Source: Intoshia linei
Taxonomy: Eukaryota > Animalia > Orthonectida
Assembly (NCBI GenBank): GCA_001642005.1
Contig: LWCA01000117.1
Coordinates: 1 to 52,265, forward strand
DNA length: 52,265 nt
Direction: 5' to 3'
In this document: positions 9,915 through 22,481 of the stretch, in pieces
Position numbering within the stretch: the first letter of the stretch is position 1
Layout: every line of letters begins with the position of its first letter
Program-made: the position numbers and the translations under genes
Notes under the pieces: model-generated
What the model saw: the letters and a program-made list of their open reading frames with translations, nothing else
The model's database searches: none
What the model was told of the DNA's origin: nothing

Positions 9915-12900
9915 TTAAATTTCTTCATGAATATGTGGCGAAGTGGCAGAATGTGTCATATGAGTTTCTTGAAAAATTGAATCTGAATTTTTGGACAAAT
10001 CTCCACTAAATTTAAATTTTGGTATAATGGGTGTCAATTGGCTACTATTTTGTGTGTAATTAATAATATTATTAGAATTATTCAGAGCAGCAAGAGATTT
10101 AAAATAATTTGGTTTTTTGTTAATGGAACTAAAATAAGACATTGAATCAGATTTTTGATTCGCTTCTTTAGAAAAAGTGGATGACATTGAATATTTGTTG
10201 AAATTTTTTTCCTTGTCGTCACTTTGAGAAAGTTCGTGTATGGTGGGTGGTTTAAAGTCTTGTTCTTCTTCAAAATCTGCATTCTTATCTATCCAACGTT
10301 TTTTCACGGGGTCGTATATTAAAGATTTTTCATTATCATCGGGTAAAATGACTTCATTCTTATCTTTTGGTGCAAATTTGTAAATAACTTTACGTAACGT
10401 GGTCTTGAACCAACTATTTTGGTAAATATTTGATTTTAAATCAGGGTTTTCGCTTTTTAATGCAGATGCATCTGTATTATCAATAGAATCAGGCATTTCA
10501 TTAGTCTCAAATCGTGAATATTGTTGTGAAGTGTTTTTAGTGTTGGGGTAATTATTTCGGTTTTCATCAATTTGGTCATTTTCTTGTATTTTAGTTGAAG
10601 GTAAATTGGTTTTTACACTTAAGTCATTAAATTCAGGTACATTTGTTTGATAGCTATTATTATATAAATTTTTTTGTTCAATAGATGGTTCAACAAGATC
10701 ACTACTATTATAGTCCTCTAAAGATACTGGTTTTACTGCCAAAATCTCATTTGGTGGTTCCATATCACTTTCAAAGGCATTTTGTATGTCAATCTCTTTG
10801 GTCATTACTTGAAAATTTTGGTTTGATTCAGTTTCAATTTCAATTCCATTTATATTTTCATCTTTCATACAAACATTTTGATGGTTACTTGAAGTAACAA
10901 TTTCAGAAATGTTATCATATTCAGCTTCTTCAATAATTGGTTGAGTGTCATGTTTAATTTCAGTACTATCAAGGTTTATATTTTCAATTTTGAGTGTACT
11001 ATCAGAAAAAAAATCTATTTTTGTTAAATTTTGCTGTTCGACATATCTAATTAAATTAAAATGCCAACTCATATCAAACCCTGACTGAGAAGCGAAACGG
11101 TAAACTTTGGTTGACAAATTTAGAATATGATGCAAATTTTCTACAAGCATTGGACAGGTATATAACTGGTGGTAACGCTGACTAGTGAGATACAATGCTT
11201 TAGCAGCAAAGTAAACTTTTTTTAACATTCCAGCTTCCAATAAACGATAAGCATAGACAATTTTGTAAGGAATAAGCAAGGGTAAAATATATACATTACT
11301 AATTAAACTATAAGCATATTCACAAATTTCCGTGGCTTGAATAAAAAGATTACAAGTAGATGCAATGTGACCGGTAATTTTTTGGTTTATCTGTGATTTT
11401 GAAATATCATACTGAAAAATTAAACTACCGGCATTGTCTAATCCATGTGCAATAAGACGACAAAATTGAGACGCACAGTGTCTATTTAAACTCAAAAGTT
11501 GTTGGCCGATAATTTCAATAAACTGAGAACGAATTTTGTACACAGCTTGAATATCCAAATTTTTTTGATTAACGCCAAATTGTCCATTACAAGGAAAGTT
11601 GCAATTTAATATAGCTATAACATGATTTATCCAATTATACTCCATTAAAGCTTCAACACTCAAACCTGAAAATGTACCCATAATACTAGAGATTACAGTC
11701 ACAATAACACTTGAATAATCAAATTTTTGCGTATAAAAATTTGTGACCGTTTTTCTAATTGCATCATTCACAAATGACCCAGTAACCACACAAGACATGA
11801 GAAAAGCGTAACCAAATTGAGAGTTTGAATTGGAAAATTCAATAGCCTCGTCGTATTTACCCAAAATCAATAATTTTGTAAATTTATCAATAAAAAGTTT
11901 GTCACAATCGGGTGCAACATTGATACTGTTTTGGCTACCTCCTATTTTTGATTTCAAGGATGGGTTCAAAGAATCTATACATGAATTTTCACTAACAGTG
12001 TCGTCTTGTATACATTCCGTTAAGAAAGAATCTTGATTCCAATTTTCCAGAAAATCAGTAAAAACTTCAATATCCATATTCTAAATGTGAAGATTTACAA
12101 ATTTTGAAAAATGTTAAAATTAAGATAAGGGTTTTAAAACATTTTGAAAGCTCGAGTTACACTACCCCTAGTCTATAATAGGTTTAAAATAGATCTATTA
12201 GGTTAATAGTATTTAGGTCTAGTAGGTTTAAAATAATTTTAAATATTGATAATAATAATAAAAAATCACCCCATCATGCGAAATTAAATTAGATAGATAC
12301 TTCCACATCAAAACATTATCCAACAGGTTAAATTTGCATTTTAATGTCAATTTTTTAACTTTCAATTTATTTATAATTTTTGCAATTTCACTTCGACAAA
12401 AGCTGATAATTTCATTTTTTTTAATGTTATTTCTAAAATTAAACAATAAAAATAAATTTATTAAAATTAAACCCTAAAAATGGACCAGGATATATACTCA
12501 AATCGTTAATTTTCAAAATTTCTTTCATTTTTTCATTGTATTTTAACTGTGAAATAAACGTTTTTTTTGAGAGTTCATTTTCAACGAAAAAATTTGTTTC
12601 TTCCGTATCTTCAATCATTTCGTCTATTGACCAAAGTTGCCCATTATGAAACGTAATAAATGCGTGTGGTTCCACAAATTTTGTCGATTCAGGGATTTGC
12701 GAGATTTCTATTATAAATTAATAAAATAAATTGAATAAATATTATATTCGATGGACAAACTATGGTTAAAAATTTTCCATGAAAAAATCCAAAATTAGAA
12801 AATTTTGAGGTAAAAACACAATTGAGCCAACCCTTTAAAATTTAAACAACATTCAATGAAAAAAATCATTAGGCTAACAATTAACTTTTATCAATATCGA

Positions 12901-14962
12901 ATAAAAAAATTATCTTTTGCAACTCTCCTTATAAATTCTTATAACAACCGATAATGGACAAAATTCATGGTTAGAAAAGTTAAAAATTTAAGATGTAAAA
13001 ATATTTTGCCAGATATTAAGTAAAAAAATTACTTTTCTGAACTGTTAAAACTTCCATTCACGAAAAATTAACTTTTAAAAAATTTTTCTAAAAAAATCCA
13101 AAGTTAAGTTCAAGGTCCTAAAAGTTTGAGATAAAAATACTATTTTTCCAGATATTAAAGAAAAACATACCTTTTCTGAACTGTTAAAAATTCATTTCAG
13201 AAAAAATTAACTTTTAAAACCCCTCATTGAAAAAATCCAGGATTAGAAAATTTTAAGGAAAAATACAATTGATTAAACCCTTTAAAGTTCAAATAACATT
13301 CAATGAAAAAAATCATTATACCAAAAATTAGGTTAAAAATTAAATTGGATCAATACCGAATAAAATAATTATCTTTTGCCATTCCTGAGAATCTCTTTTC
13401 ACAACCGAAAATGAAAAACTCCAGATATAGAATGGATTGAAGTAAAAATACAATTTTACCAAAGATTTAAAAAATTTCATAAAAGATAAAAAGTAGAATG
13501 AAGATTACAAATTTGTTGTAATTTACAATATAGCAAACTAATAAAAAATAACCCTTGCTTCCCTAAAAAATACTTTTACTCACCCTTAATGAAAAAATAG
13601 ATTAAAACTTAAAACTTAAATTGAAATGCTTCAGAGAAAAATCAACTTTTAATAAATTTATGATGATAAAATATAATTTAATCAACCCTTTATAAAAAAT
13701 TACTGTATATAAGAGGTTTCAAGGATAATTAAATGATTATAAAACTCAAGGTTAAAGTTCACGTTAACAAATTATATAAAACTGACTACACTTATATAAA
13801 TACACTTATACAGATTATCGAAAAATCTTTATTTACCTAAACCAGCCCGTACCAAAATTACACTATATAAATCAAACGAATCATCAAAAATAGTAATTTG
13901 TAGGATTTTAAAAGCAATATGGTAAAATATAATTATACACTGAAAAGAATAAAAATAAAAAACATAACATTTTATAGTCTCATGATGCCTAAAAATTTTA
14001 AAATGTTTTTTACAGAACCCTAGTTAATATAACCAGTTTGTCGACTTTTGTCCTAAACTAAATACAATATAAGTAAAGTAAATCGCTTCAAATGTAAAGT
14101 ATCTATCTATCGTTTTATTTACGACAAATTTTCAAGGAAATTATAATGACATTTCATAAAAAATTACCAAGTGGAGAGCTCGTTTTGATATAACTAGAAG
14201 AAATTGATGGTTCAGGTAATTCTGTTTCTAAATTATCATAAATAGGTTGATTAATTTGTAAAATTGATCCTCGAGTACTAGTCGCCAAGTTTGAAATGCT
14301 TAAACTATTTTTGAGGGCAGCACTCCTAAAGTGTATAATGAATATATAATTATGATCTGGTTCTAAAAAGCAAAAATGTTTATGTTTTTATAAAAAAATA
14401 ATAATTTTGATTAATAGGATCATAATTAATGTTAGCAATGATTCCATCCTTGAAAAGTAAAAATAGAATGGTAAAAAGAGTAAAAATTTCAAAACTTACA
14501 TATTAAAAATGATTTAACTTTAAAATTTAATCGAGTCTAATTATACAATAAAAATAAAAAATATAATAGGATACAAATGCAAATAATTATTTGTTAAATT
14601 TACTTCATTAGTTGCATGCAGTCTTTGAGCATTTGACGATCTAAATTGTAAAAAAAAGTTATAAAATGGAATAATTGTGATAGTGTACCTTCTTCATTAA
14701 AAATAGAATTAGAAGGGTAACGCCGGTGTGGTGAAAAGGTTTCGTCCAAAAGATTCATGGATTTGTTTTGGCAAGAATAAAAAGAACCTCGATCATATTC
14801 AGATTCGGTTCTAGTAGAAATGTTATGATCATTGCTTCTTTTTTTGTAATATGACCGGTCTATTCTAGTGTGTCGTTTAAACTTTCTTGGATTTTTATGT
14901 TGAGAATTGTCAATGTTATCTTTTAATTCTTTCAAAGACAGCTCTTTTTCGTCGTTAGTCAT
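9915..14962 (-). CDS. SEC16: Protein transport protein Sec16 (ER exit-site scaffold), about 1010 aa
   Basis: Phase-consistent exons 14689-14962, 14604-14640, 14168-14325, 12473-12707, 12270-12432, 9915-12080. Motifs PHAFITFHNGQL, YPGPFLG, IQATEICEYAYSL..LPLLIPYKIVYAYRLLEAG (central conserved domain) and EVILPDDNEKSLIYDPVKKRWID (cf. Sec16A EAYLPDDKNKSIVWDEKKNQWVN). Confidence 0.88.
12770..13480. repeat. Degenerate direct repeats in the large Sec16 intron
   Basis: About 12780-12930 recurs at about 13230-13380 (aaaaaatcc..attagaaaatttt...aacattcaatgaaaaaaatcatt). About 13003-13080 recurs at about 13142-13220 (ccagatattaa...ttttctgaactgttaaaa). Confidence 0.7.
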
Positions 14963-15524
14963 TTTCGGCTTATTATGTTAGACAATAATCCATATATTCA
15001 AAATTAGTACATTTTGCGTATATTGTAAACATTTCAAAGTGTTCAACAAAAATGAACAAGTTTATATCGCTACTGGTTTACGTGTTCTCATTTTTCCAAG
15101 GAACACTATATGAACATTTATTTATTTATTGAATGTTTTTTAAACATTTGTCAATTTATTCATTTTTTTGTTTCAATTTATGTACTCTACATTTAAATTT
15201 AAACAAATAATGATGATGTTGAAACAAGGCGAAATTTGCCATCATCACTGATATGTAGATTTTAGGCAGAAATCCAAGGAATTTTATACCAAATTAAATG
15301 TGTGTCGCTTGTTGATAATTTTTGAATCACTGGTTATGTCCATGGCAGACCGATATTAACGTTGTATTAAATTTTATCACTCCTTTACGAATTATTATGT
15401 CTATTTGCCGCAATTTTAAAATTCATAAAATAAATATATTTTTTCAACTACATATATCGATGTCGATTTAAAAAAATTTTTTTCTGAAATTATTAAGTTG
15501 TTATTATTATTAAACTGAAAAAAT

Positions 15525-15835
15525 CTCAATGCAATTCATACCACTCCAATTGCAGATTGTATGACATTTACAATTTCTACATCCATATGATTATTCAAAA
15601 GCTTGATTTTATGTTTAATAGAATCAAAATAAGCAAATCTAGATTTCGAATGTAGTTCGAAATTCCACATCAATATTTAATCATATATTTATGTTTTATT
15701 ATTTAATTTAATTTAATTTATTTAATTTTATTATATACCTGTTTTACAAAATATATTACTCAACACATCGCGGGTCACATAATATGATCTGGACCGTATG
15801 CGGCCCACTGTTCATGCTTTGGACCACCCTAAGCT
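15525..15835 (-). mobile_element. Second hAT (Buster-type) relic
   Basis: 15525-15680 is a reverse-complement homologue of 1755-1900. A Charlie-like end (gcggccc...tttggaccaccct) lies at about 15800-15830. Confidence 0.6.
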
Positions 15836-16103
15836 AGGTGATCACCTCAAAAGAAACAAACTAATTTATGTTTATTATTTACTACTTCAAATGTGACTCC
15901 GTACTTTAAAAATGCATTATTATATGTATGTTTTTTTGATATCATTATTTCATCAGATTCATTTTTTTTCATTTTTCGTCTGAGAAAAAATATAAGATTT
16001 TATATTTAACCAGTTTTCCATGTTTATAAAAATATTTTTTAATACAAAATAAAATAAGTAGTGTGACTAAATTATTTCGTGATTCGATTTCACGTAATTC
16101 TAA

Positions 16104-17328
16104 CTGTGTGTGTATGTTATCGTTTATTTCAATAACTACCAGTTTTAGAATTTTATAAAGTCTACATTTCAATTACAGTTTTTTCCGAGGTTTTAGCAAA
16201 ATAAATTTCAACTTCCCAAACTCACATCTTACGGGTCAAAAAGTCCAATTGTCCTTCAAAGGTCAAAAAAGCATGTTAGTATTCATATTTATTTTTTTCC
16301 GAAATATTTTATTAAAACAAAAAATATGAAATAATTAACAGTCCGAAAATTTAAAAATAAATTATTCTGATATAGCTTATTCCAGTTAATATAAATACAA
16401 AATTTCAACCCCAGAAATCTACGCATTCCCGGTGAAAAATAATTTTTAATATATTATCAACCAATATTTTTCAAATATTTCGATTAAAATATCAATTGAA
16501 AGTGTAAATATTGATCCTATAATTTCAAAAAAAATGTGGATTGAATGTCTACACATTTCCAATAAAGAAATATTGGTGAAAATCTATATAATTCATTCCT
16601 TCGGAATTTTTTTTATTGCTACGCAATTTTTAAATTTCAAATTTTTATTTTCAAAACAATTTTGAATAAAATTTAAATAAAATTTACAACAACGACTACT
16701 AAAAGTAATACAACTTTGTTATTATCATTTTTATATTTATTACAATCATTTGCAATATTGGTATAATTCGCCTGAAATATGTCTATAAAGTGAAGATTCC
16801 GTTAATTATTGATACATAATTAGTATTTTTAAGTATTTATTAAATTGGTACACAATATATATTACATTGAAAATGACAAAATAAATTTTATCATTTTATT
16901 GTTTTTATGAATTTATAACAATTTTTAGGATTAGACTGTTTTTACTTTATGTTTAATATTATACACACATTGTGTTTACAATGTTTTGTTCTGTTAATAT
17001 ATTAAAAAAATATGATAACAATTGTTTTTAAAAGTCTTTATGCAAATGTTAACAAAACGAAATTAAGATGGAATAATTCACTTTAAAGTAAAAATTAATG
17101 TGATATGACGGTTCCACCTGAAACAAGTTTGAGAACCACTCCTTTAAAATATTGATAATAGTGAATACTAGGATTTTTAAGTTAGATTTTCAATTTTGTA
17201 GTGATATATCACTATTATAATAATCGAGATTCGAATATATACTTTTCATATCTATTTTTTTGGAGAATAAAAATGTGCCTCGGTAGATCTAAGTGCTGTT
17301 TGTACGTAGTACATAACAGTCAACTTAG
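16104..17328 (+). mobile_element. Helitron-like copy, 5'-eroded with an internal deletion
   Basis: GT microsatellite and shared body. 3' end ctaagtgctgtttgtacgtagtacataacagtcaacttag|t. Confidence 0.8.
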
Positions 17329-17693
17329 TAAGATATAATAGGGACATAATTCATTAAGGTATTTAATTAATAACTGACGGTATTACAAATAAAAATGCCT
17401 ATCGTTACAGAATAACTTCAATATTTGACAATTAAATTAATTTATTAATTATCATCATAATCATATTATCATCTAAATAAATTTGTGAACAATAGATGTA
17501 AAATGAATGACACAACAAACAAAAATAAATGAGCTAAATTATAATATTAATCAACAATTATTTATTTAAACCTCGATTCAAAATATGATTTTATTTCATT
17601 TTCATAATAATTGAATTCAGTGTGCATTAAAATTTCTACAAATTTAATATCTCTTAGTAAATCAAAAAGACGTCAATAAATAAACACGATACA

Positions 17694-18212
17694 ATGAAAT
17701 CATCAATCCCGGAAGAAGAATATGATGGATGTTTATTTTCAACAGATGCGGTGATGCCTAAGCCTATTGTTCAAGTTCCAAAATCGTTTTCATATAAAAG
17801 CACAGGAAACAATGTAAAACTTACATCCATGGTTCAAGCCGACCAATTATGTTCAACAGGCCAAGCTAAAGTTTTAAATAAAAACAGAACCATTTATAAT
17901 AGACGATTGAAACTAATTTTACACGCTATAAGATGCATTATGCAATGTCACATGGAGGAGCGTCTGAATGACTGTAGTGTACCACATTGCAACAGTATAA
18001 AAAACCTTCTTGAGCACGTGTCTGGTTGTAATGATGTAAGAAATTGTAGAATACCTCATTGTTACTCTACTAGATTGGTAATTCTTCACTCTCAACAATG
18101 CAAAAATCCAGCATGTGTCCATTGTATGTCTGTACTGTCTACATGCCATTGTAAATATGACAATAAGGAGAATACTTCTGTTCCAAAAAAAAGAAATCTG
18201 GTTAAAAAATAA
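17694..18212 (+). CDS. Stand-alone TAZ zinc-finger protein (CBP/p300 TAZ1/CH1-like), 172 aa, intronless
   Basis: RRLKLILHAIRC...CSVPHCNSIKNLLEHVSGC...CRIPHCYSTRLVILHSQQCKNPACVHC keeps the three HCCC sites of TAZ1 (cf. QQLVLLLHAHKC...CNLPHCRTMKNVLNHMTHC...[27 protein letters not shown]). AATAAA at about 18248. Confidence 0.9.
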   Translation: MKSSIPEEEYDGCLFSTDAVMPKPIVQVPKSFSYKSTGNNVKLTSMVQADQLCSTGQAKVLNKNRTIYNRRLKLILHAIRCIMQCHMEERLNDCSVPHCNSIKNLLEHVSGCNDVRNCRIPHCYSTRLVILHSQQCKNPACVHCMSVLSTCHCKYDNKENTSVPKKRNLVKK

Positions 18213-18529
18213 AAAAAATTTTTACATTATTTGTGATATTGATAAACAATAAATTGTATTTCAAATTAATGTAAAGTACATTCATTATAAAAATATTTAT
18301 TTTTCGTTATCGATGATATTTTAAATTGGTCTTCAAACAGTGTGCCACGATAATGTTTGTATCATATGAAAATTTAATTTTACGTTCCATAATCAAGGTA
18401 ATTAAATTTACTATTCAAATATTATTGTATAGATTATTTATGAGTCATTCCCAATTTTCAACGCACACAAATGAACTTAATTTTGTTATAATGTCAAATA
18501 GCGTAACAAATGTTTTTCGAAATAAATAG

Positions 18530-18900
18530 TAAAGTGCTTTTTTGGTCTTGAAGGCGTCACTTTGTCAGATTAAAATTTTTTGTGATTATTAATTGGATAT
18601 AGCTGTATCAACTGTAAATTTTTTTAATTCTACTGCTATTTTATTTTTTTTAAATAATGGTAATTTGTGGTTTTGAATTTGAAGGTGTGCGTTTCTGAGG
18701 TTGAGATTTACGACAATGTTAATAACTTTTAAACGCGTCCAATAATTTATGTTTTATTTAATTTTTGGGCTCATTTTATTTTTAAACAAAAGCGCAAATT
18801 GAGTTTTTGATCCTGATGTACTCAAATTCGAAAATAGATATTTACACCGCCTGAGAAAAATTGAATTAGAAATTGGTTTTTTTAAATATACCTTAACACA
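18530..18900 (-). mobile_element. Degenerate reverse-oriented Helitron-family fragment
   Basis: aaagtgcttttttggtcttgaaggcgtcactt is the reverse complement of the family motif aagtgacgccttcacggtcaaaaaagcacttt. Confidence 0.65.
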
Positions 18901-19501
18901 TTAAAATTAAATCAAAATTAATTATTTAAATTTATTTAATAAATCAGTTAGTGATTATCTGGTATTTCTTTTTCTTATTAAAATCATTTGAACCCTATTC
19001 CCATATGAATAAATTTATACATATAAAACGGTCATCAATCATTTTAATTCTAAATGTAATCTGTAAATCGTCTGTATTCATAATTATACATATTACTTAC
19101 GTCGTATTGGTAGTCTACATTACCAATGACATAAATAACTAATCATTAGTCAATAATGATAATTATGATTGAATTTATTATAAAATCAGCAATTAAATTT
19201 TAAGAAAACAATAACAATGTAAATGTCATAAAAATAGTTAATGATTTATTTTAATTAAAACGATTTAGCACATTCTGTTTTACTACGTTGCTGAATATAT
19301 ATATCATGGATTTTTAGTCTAATAAATTATAATTATACTGGACAAACGTTTAATTGCACACGTTCGTCATTGTTACGAATCTAAATAAGCTAATTAACAA
19401 ATTTGGTACATCCCACTAATGTGTTGTGATTAATCTTTCATCCTTGTTTTCATTATTTACATTATTATTATTTTGAAACTACAAATTCATACAAAATTAA
19501 T

Positions 19502-19962
19502 ATGACGCTTTTGAAAAATGAAAAAGAATCAGATTTTTGTCCACTTCATACTTCAACTCCTATGGTACACAATATTTAAGATTTATAATTAATATATACA
19601 TTTTTTTAATTCAAATTTAAATTTAGAAAAACAGGATAAAAAATTTACCTATTAAGAAACAGATATTGCTTGAAAACTTAAATCCTGATCAAGATGTAAG
19701 TTTTTATGATTGCTCCCTCAGTACGGTATGTTCGGACGAATTCAGCTTTGATTATAGCGATGACAGTGATTATAGTGATAATCCATTAAATTTTGGATTT
19801 ATCGAAAATAATTCATCTTTATTCGGAATAAATTCAAGAATTAGCGATGAAGATTCCAGCAATGAAACACAGTCCAACATTTCTATGGACATGGATTCAA
19901 ATATAATTCAAAACATTTACAAAATTGTTGGATCGCCCAAGAAAAAAATACGAAAATTCTAA
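19502..19962 (+). CDS. Small acidic orphan protein with STP motif, copy A (132 aa, 2 exons)
   Basis: Exon 1 19502-19564 (MTLLKNEKESDFCPLHTSTPM), GT-AG intron 19565-19626, exon 2 19627-19962 in frame with the listed ORF. Same structure as copy B. Confidence 0.8.
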
Positions 19963-21769
19963 AATATTAATTTAATCATCATTATAAAAATAAAAATTAA
20001 TTTTCGTCGTCAATATATTAAATTGACCTTTTATTATTATTATTTTATGATGATATCAATGTACTTTTAAAATCACCTTTATTTGCATTGTAATGAGGGT
20101 CGCCGTTAAAAAAACTGTTATAACCGATTAAAATTTACCAAATATCATAATAGTTATCACTAATAAATTATTTTTCGATTATTATTGTTATTATTTTTCG
20201 ATATCTGAGATTATATTGTTTAACCTATTTATTAAAATTTAATAATTACATTTTACCAAACAATCAATTGTTATTTACTTCAAAAATGCTGGTTCCCGTA
20301 AAAAATTTTAATTTGACGAAAATACCAACTTTAACTACAATAGTTATTGATATTAACAAGGGGAATTAAAATAAATTCACCAAATTTTTTTCTCTATACC
20401 ACCAGTGGTCCAAATGGACGTTAGAATCAATGGGTTAACATAATTGCTAAATTACTTAGAGAAATCTTAATGATTATATGTTTTAATTCAAAAAATTAAA
20501 AAACTAAAATCTGACAATCTAGTTAATTTCATATTTTTGTATTAGAATTTACAACTCAACTTTGCATATTTCTTTGTATTTTAGTAATGCATAACATACA
20601 TGTACTTATATGCTTAAAAATAAAAATTATAAAAATTAAACAAGCTGAAAAGTTTTATTACCAATTATATTTTCCAGACCGGTAAGATTATTTTAAGGAA
20701 AGCATTTGGGAACCGCTGGCTTAAAATGATACTCGATATTCTATGTATATGATGAATAATGTATGTCTACTTTGCAATTTTTGTACTGATGCTAATATCT
20801 ATTAATGTATTCCATAATATAATCTATATATAGAATTAAAATAATGTACATATCTATTATTATTGTACTTTTCAATAAAACATTTTAAAAAAAGTGGCTT
20901 ATCATTTCTGAATTAATGATATCAAATATCACGAAATCTGTATTTAAATTTATTCGTTTTGAATAGAATATTCACTATAAGATCAGTGATATCAACCGGA
21001 GGGTTTCGAGAAGTATAAACCATTTTTTATTTCATTAAAAAAAGTACAAATTAAAAAATCTAAACTAACATTAATGTACATTATAATAATTTATTAAACT
21101 CTGTTTTAAAGAATTTTTCTCTAATGGATTGGTAAAATTCGATTTTTTAAAAAATGATTGCTAAAAGTAAATTTTTCTTAAAATTAATTGATATAAATGT
21201 TTTTTAATGTTTTATTTACAAAATGTTTGAAGTGAATCCATAAATTAATTGAAACATTTTTATCTATTGCTAGCATAAAATTAGTATGTATATTTAAAAT
21301 TTATATACAAAATTATAAAAACCAATTAATTGATTAATTGATTAAATAATAATTAATTAATAGTAAGATAGATATCTAAGATTTTTAAATCATTAATCAA
21401 TTTGTTTATATTGTAACGGCAATTAATACTGTAATTATAATATCTTCGCACATAATAGATGTCGTTATCGCTATACTACAGAGAAAACAATAAAACGGTA
21501 CTATGTCAACAATTATAGTTATCTAATTATTAATAATCATGTAGCACTTGTAATTTCTACATTACTGAATGTAAAGAATTTCAAGTTAATTAACGTTTAT
21601 TGAATGTAATACTGACTTGACGTCAATTTCAGCAGTTAAACACTGATATTAGTCTAAATGAGCTAATTAACTAACTTGTTACATCCCAATATGTGTTGTG
21701 AATTTTATTTAATTCATTTTTTCGAATTTAATCATTTTGAAAACTACAAATTCATAATTTTATTATAAT

Positions 21770-22195
21770 ATGACAATTACTACAAATGAAGAAGAATCAA
21801 ATTTTTGGCCGGTGTATACCTCAACTCCTATGGTACATATGAAATTTTTTTTGGTTTAACTATAAATTTAGAAAAACAAGGAAAAAAACATACCTATTAA
21901 GAAACAGATATTGCTTGAAAACTTAAATCTTGACGAGGATGTAAGTTTCCACGATTGTTCACTCACTACGGTATATTCGGATGAATCCAGCTTGGATTAT
22001 AGTTATTGCAGTGATTATAGTGATAATCCGTTAAATTTTGAATTTATCGAAAATAATTCATCTTTATTCGGAATAAATTCAACAATTAGTGATGAAAATG
22101 CCAGCAATGAAAATCAGCCCAACACTTTCATAGACATGGATATAGAAGTAATTGAAACGATTTACAGAATTGTCGAAATAAGTCGAAGAAACTAA
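21770..22195 (+). CDS. Small acidic orphan protein with STP motif, copy B (128 aa, 2 exons)
   Basis: Exon 1 21770-21832 (MTITTNEEESNFWPVYTSTPM), 39-nt intron 21833-21871, exon 2 21872-22195. Paralogous to copy A, including upstream sequence. Confidence 0.8.
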
Positions 22196-22481
22196 AAAAA
22201 TACAAAAATTCTAAAATATCTACTTTAATATTTATTATTAAAAATTAATTGTGTTACAAAATTTCTACTTAAATATTGCGTTCACTATCGATATTTCACG
22301 ATATTGTAAAAAATAAATGTCGCTCTGTATAATGTACACTGTACAGTGTACGCATTTTATTCATATTTTGTAATTTAAATAAAATTTCTGTCAATTCAAG
22401 CCCATTAAAATTTAATATATATAAAATTTATTAAATTAAAGTAATATACAATTTGAAAAAATTTGCTTTATGAATTGTCCA

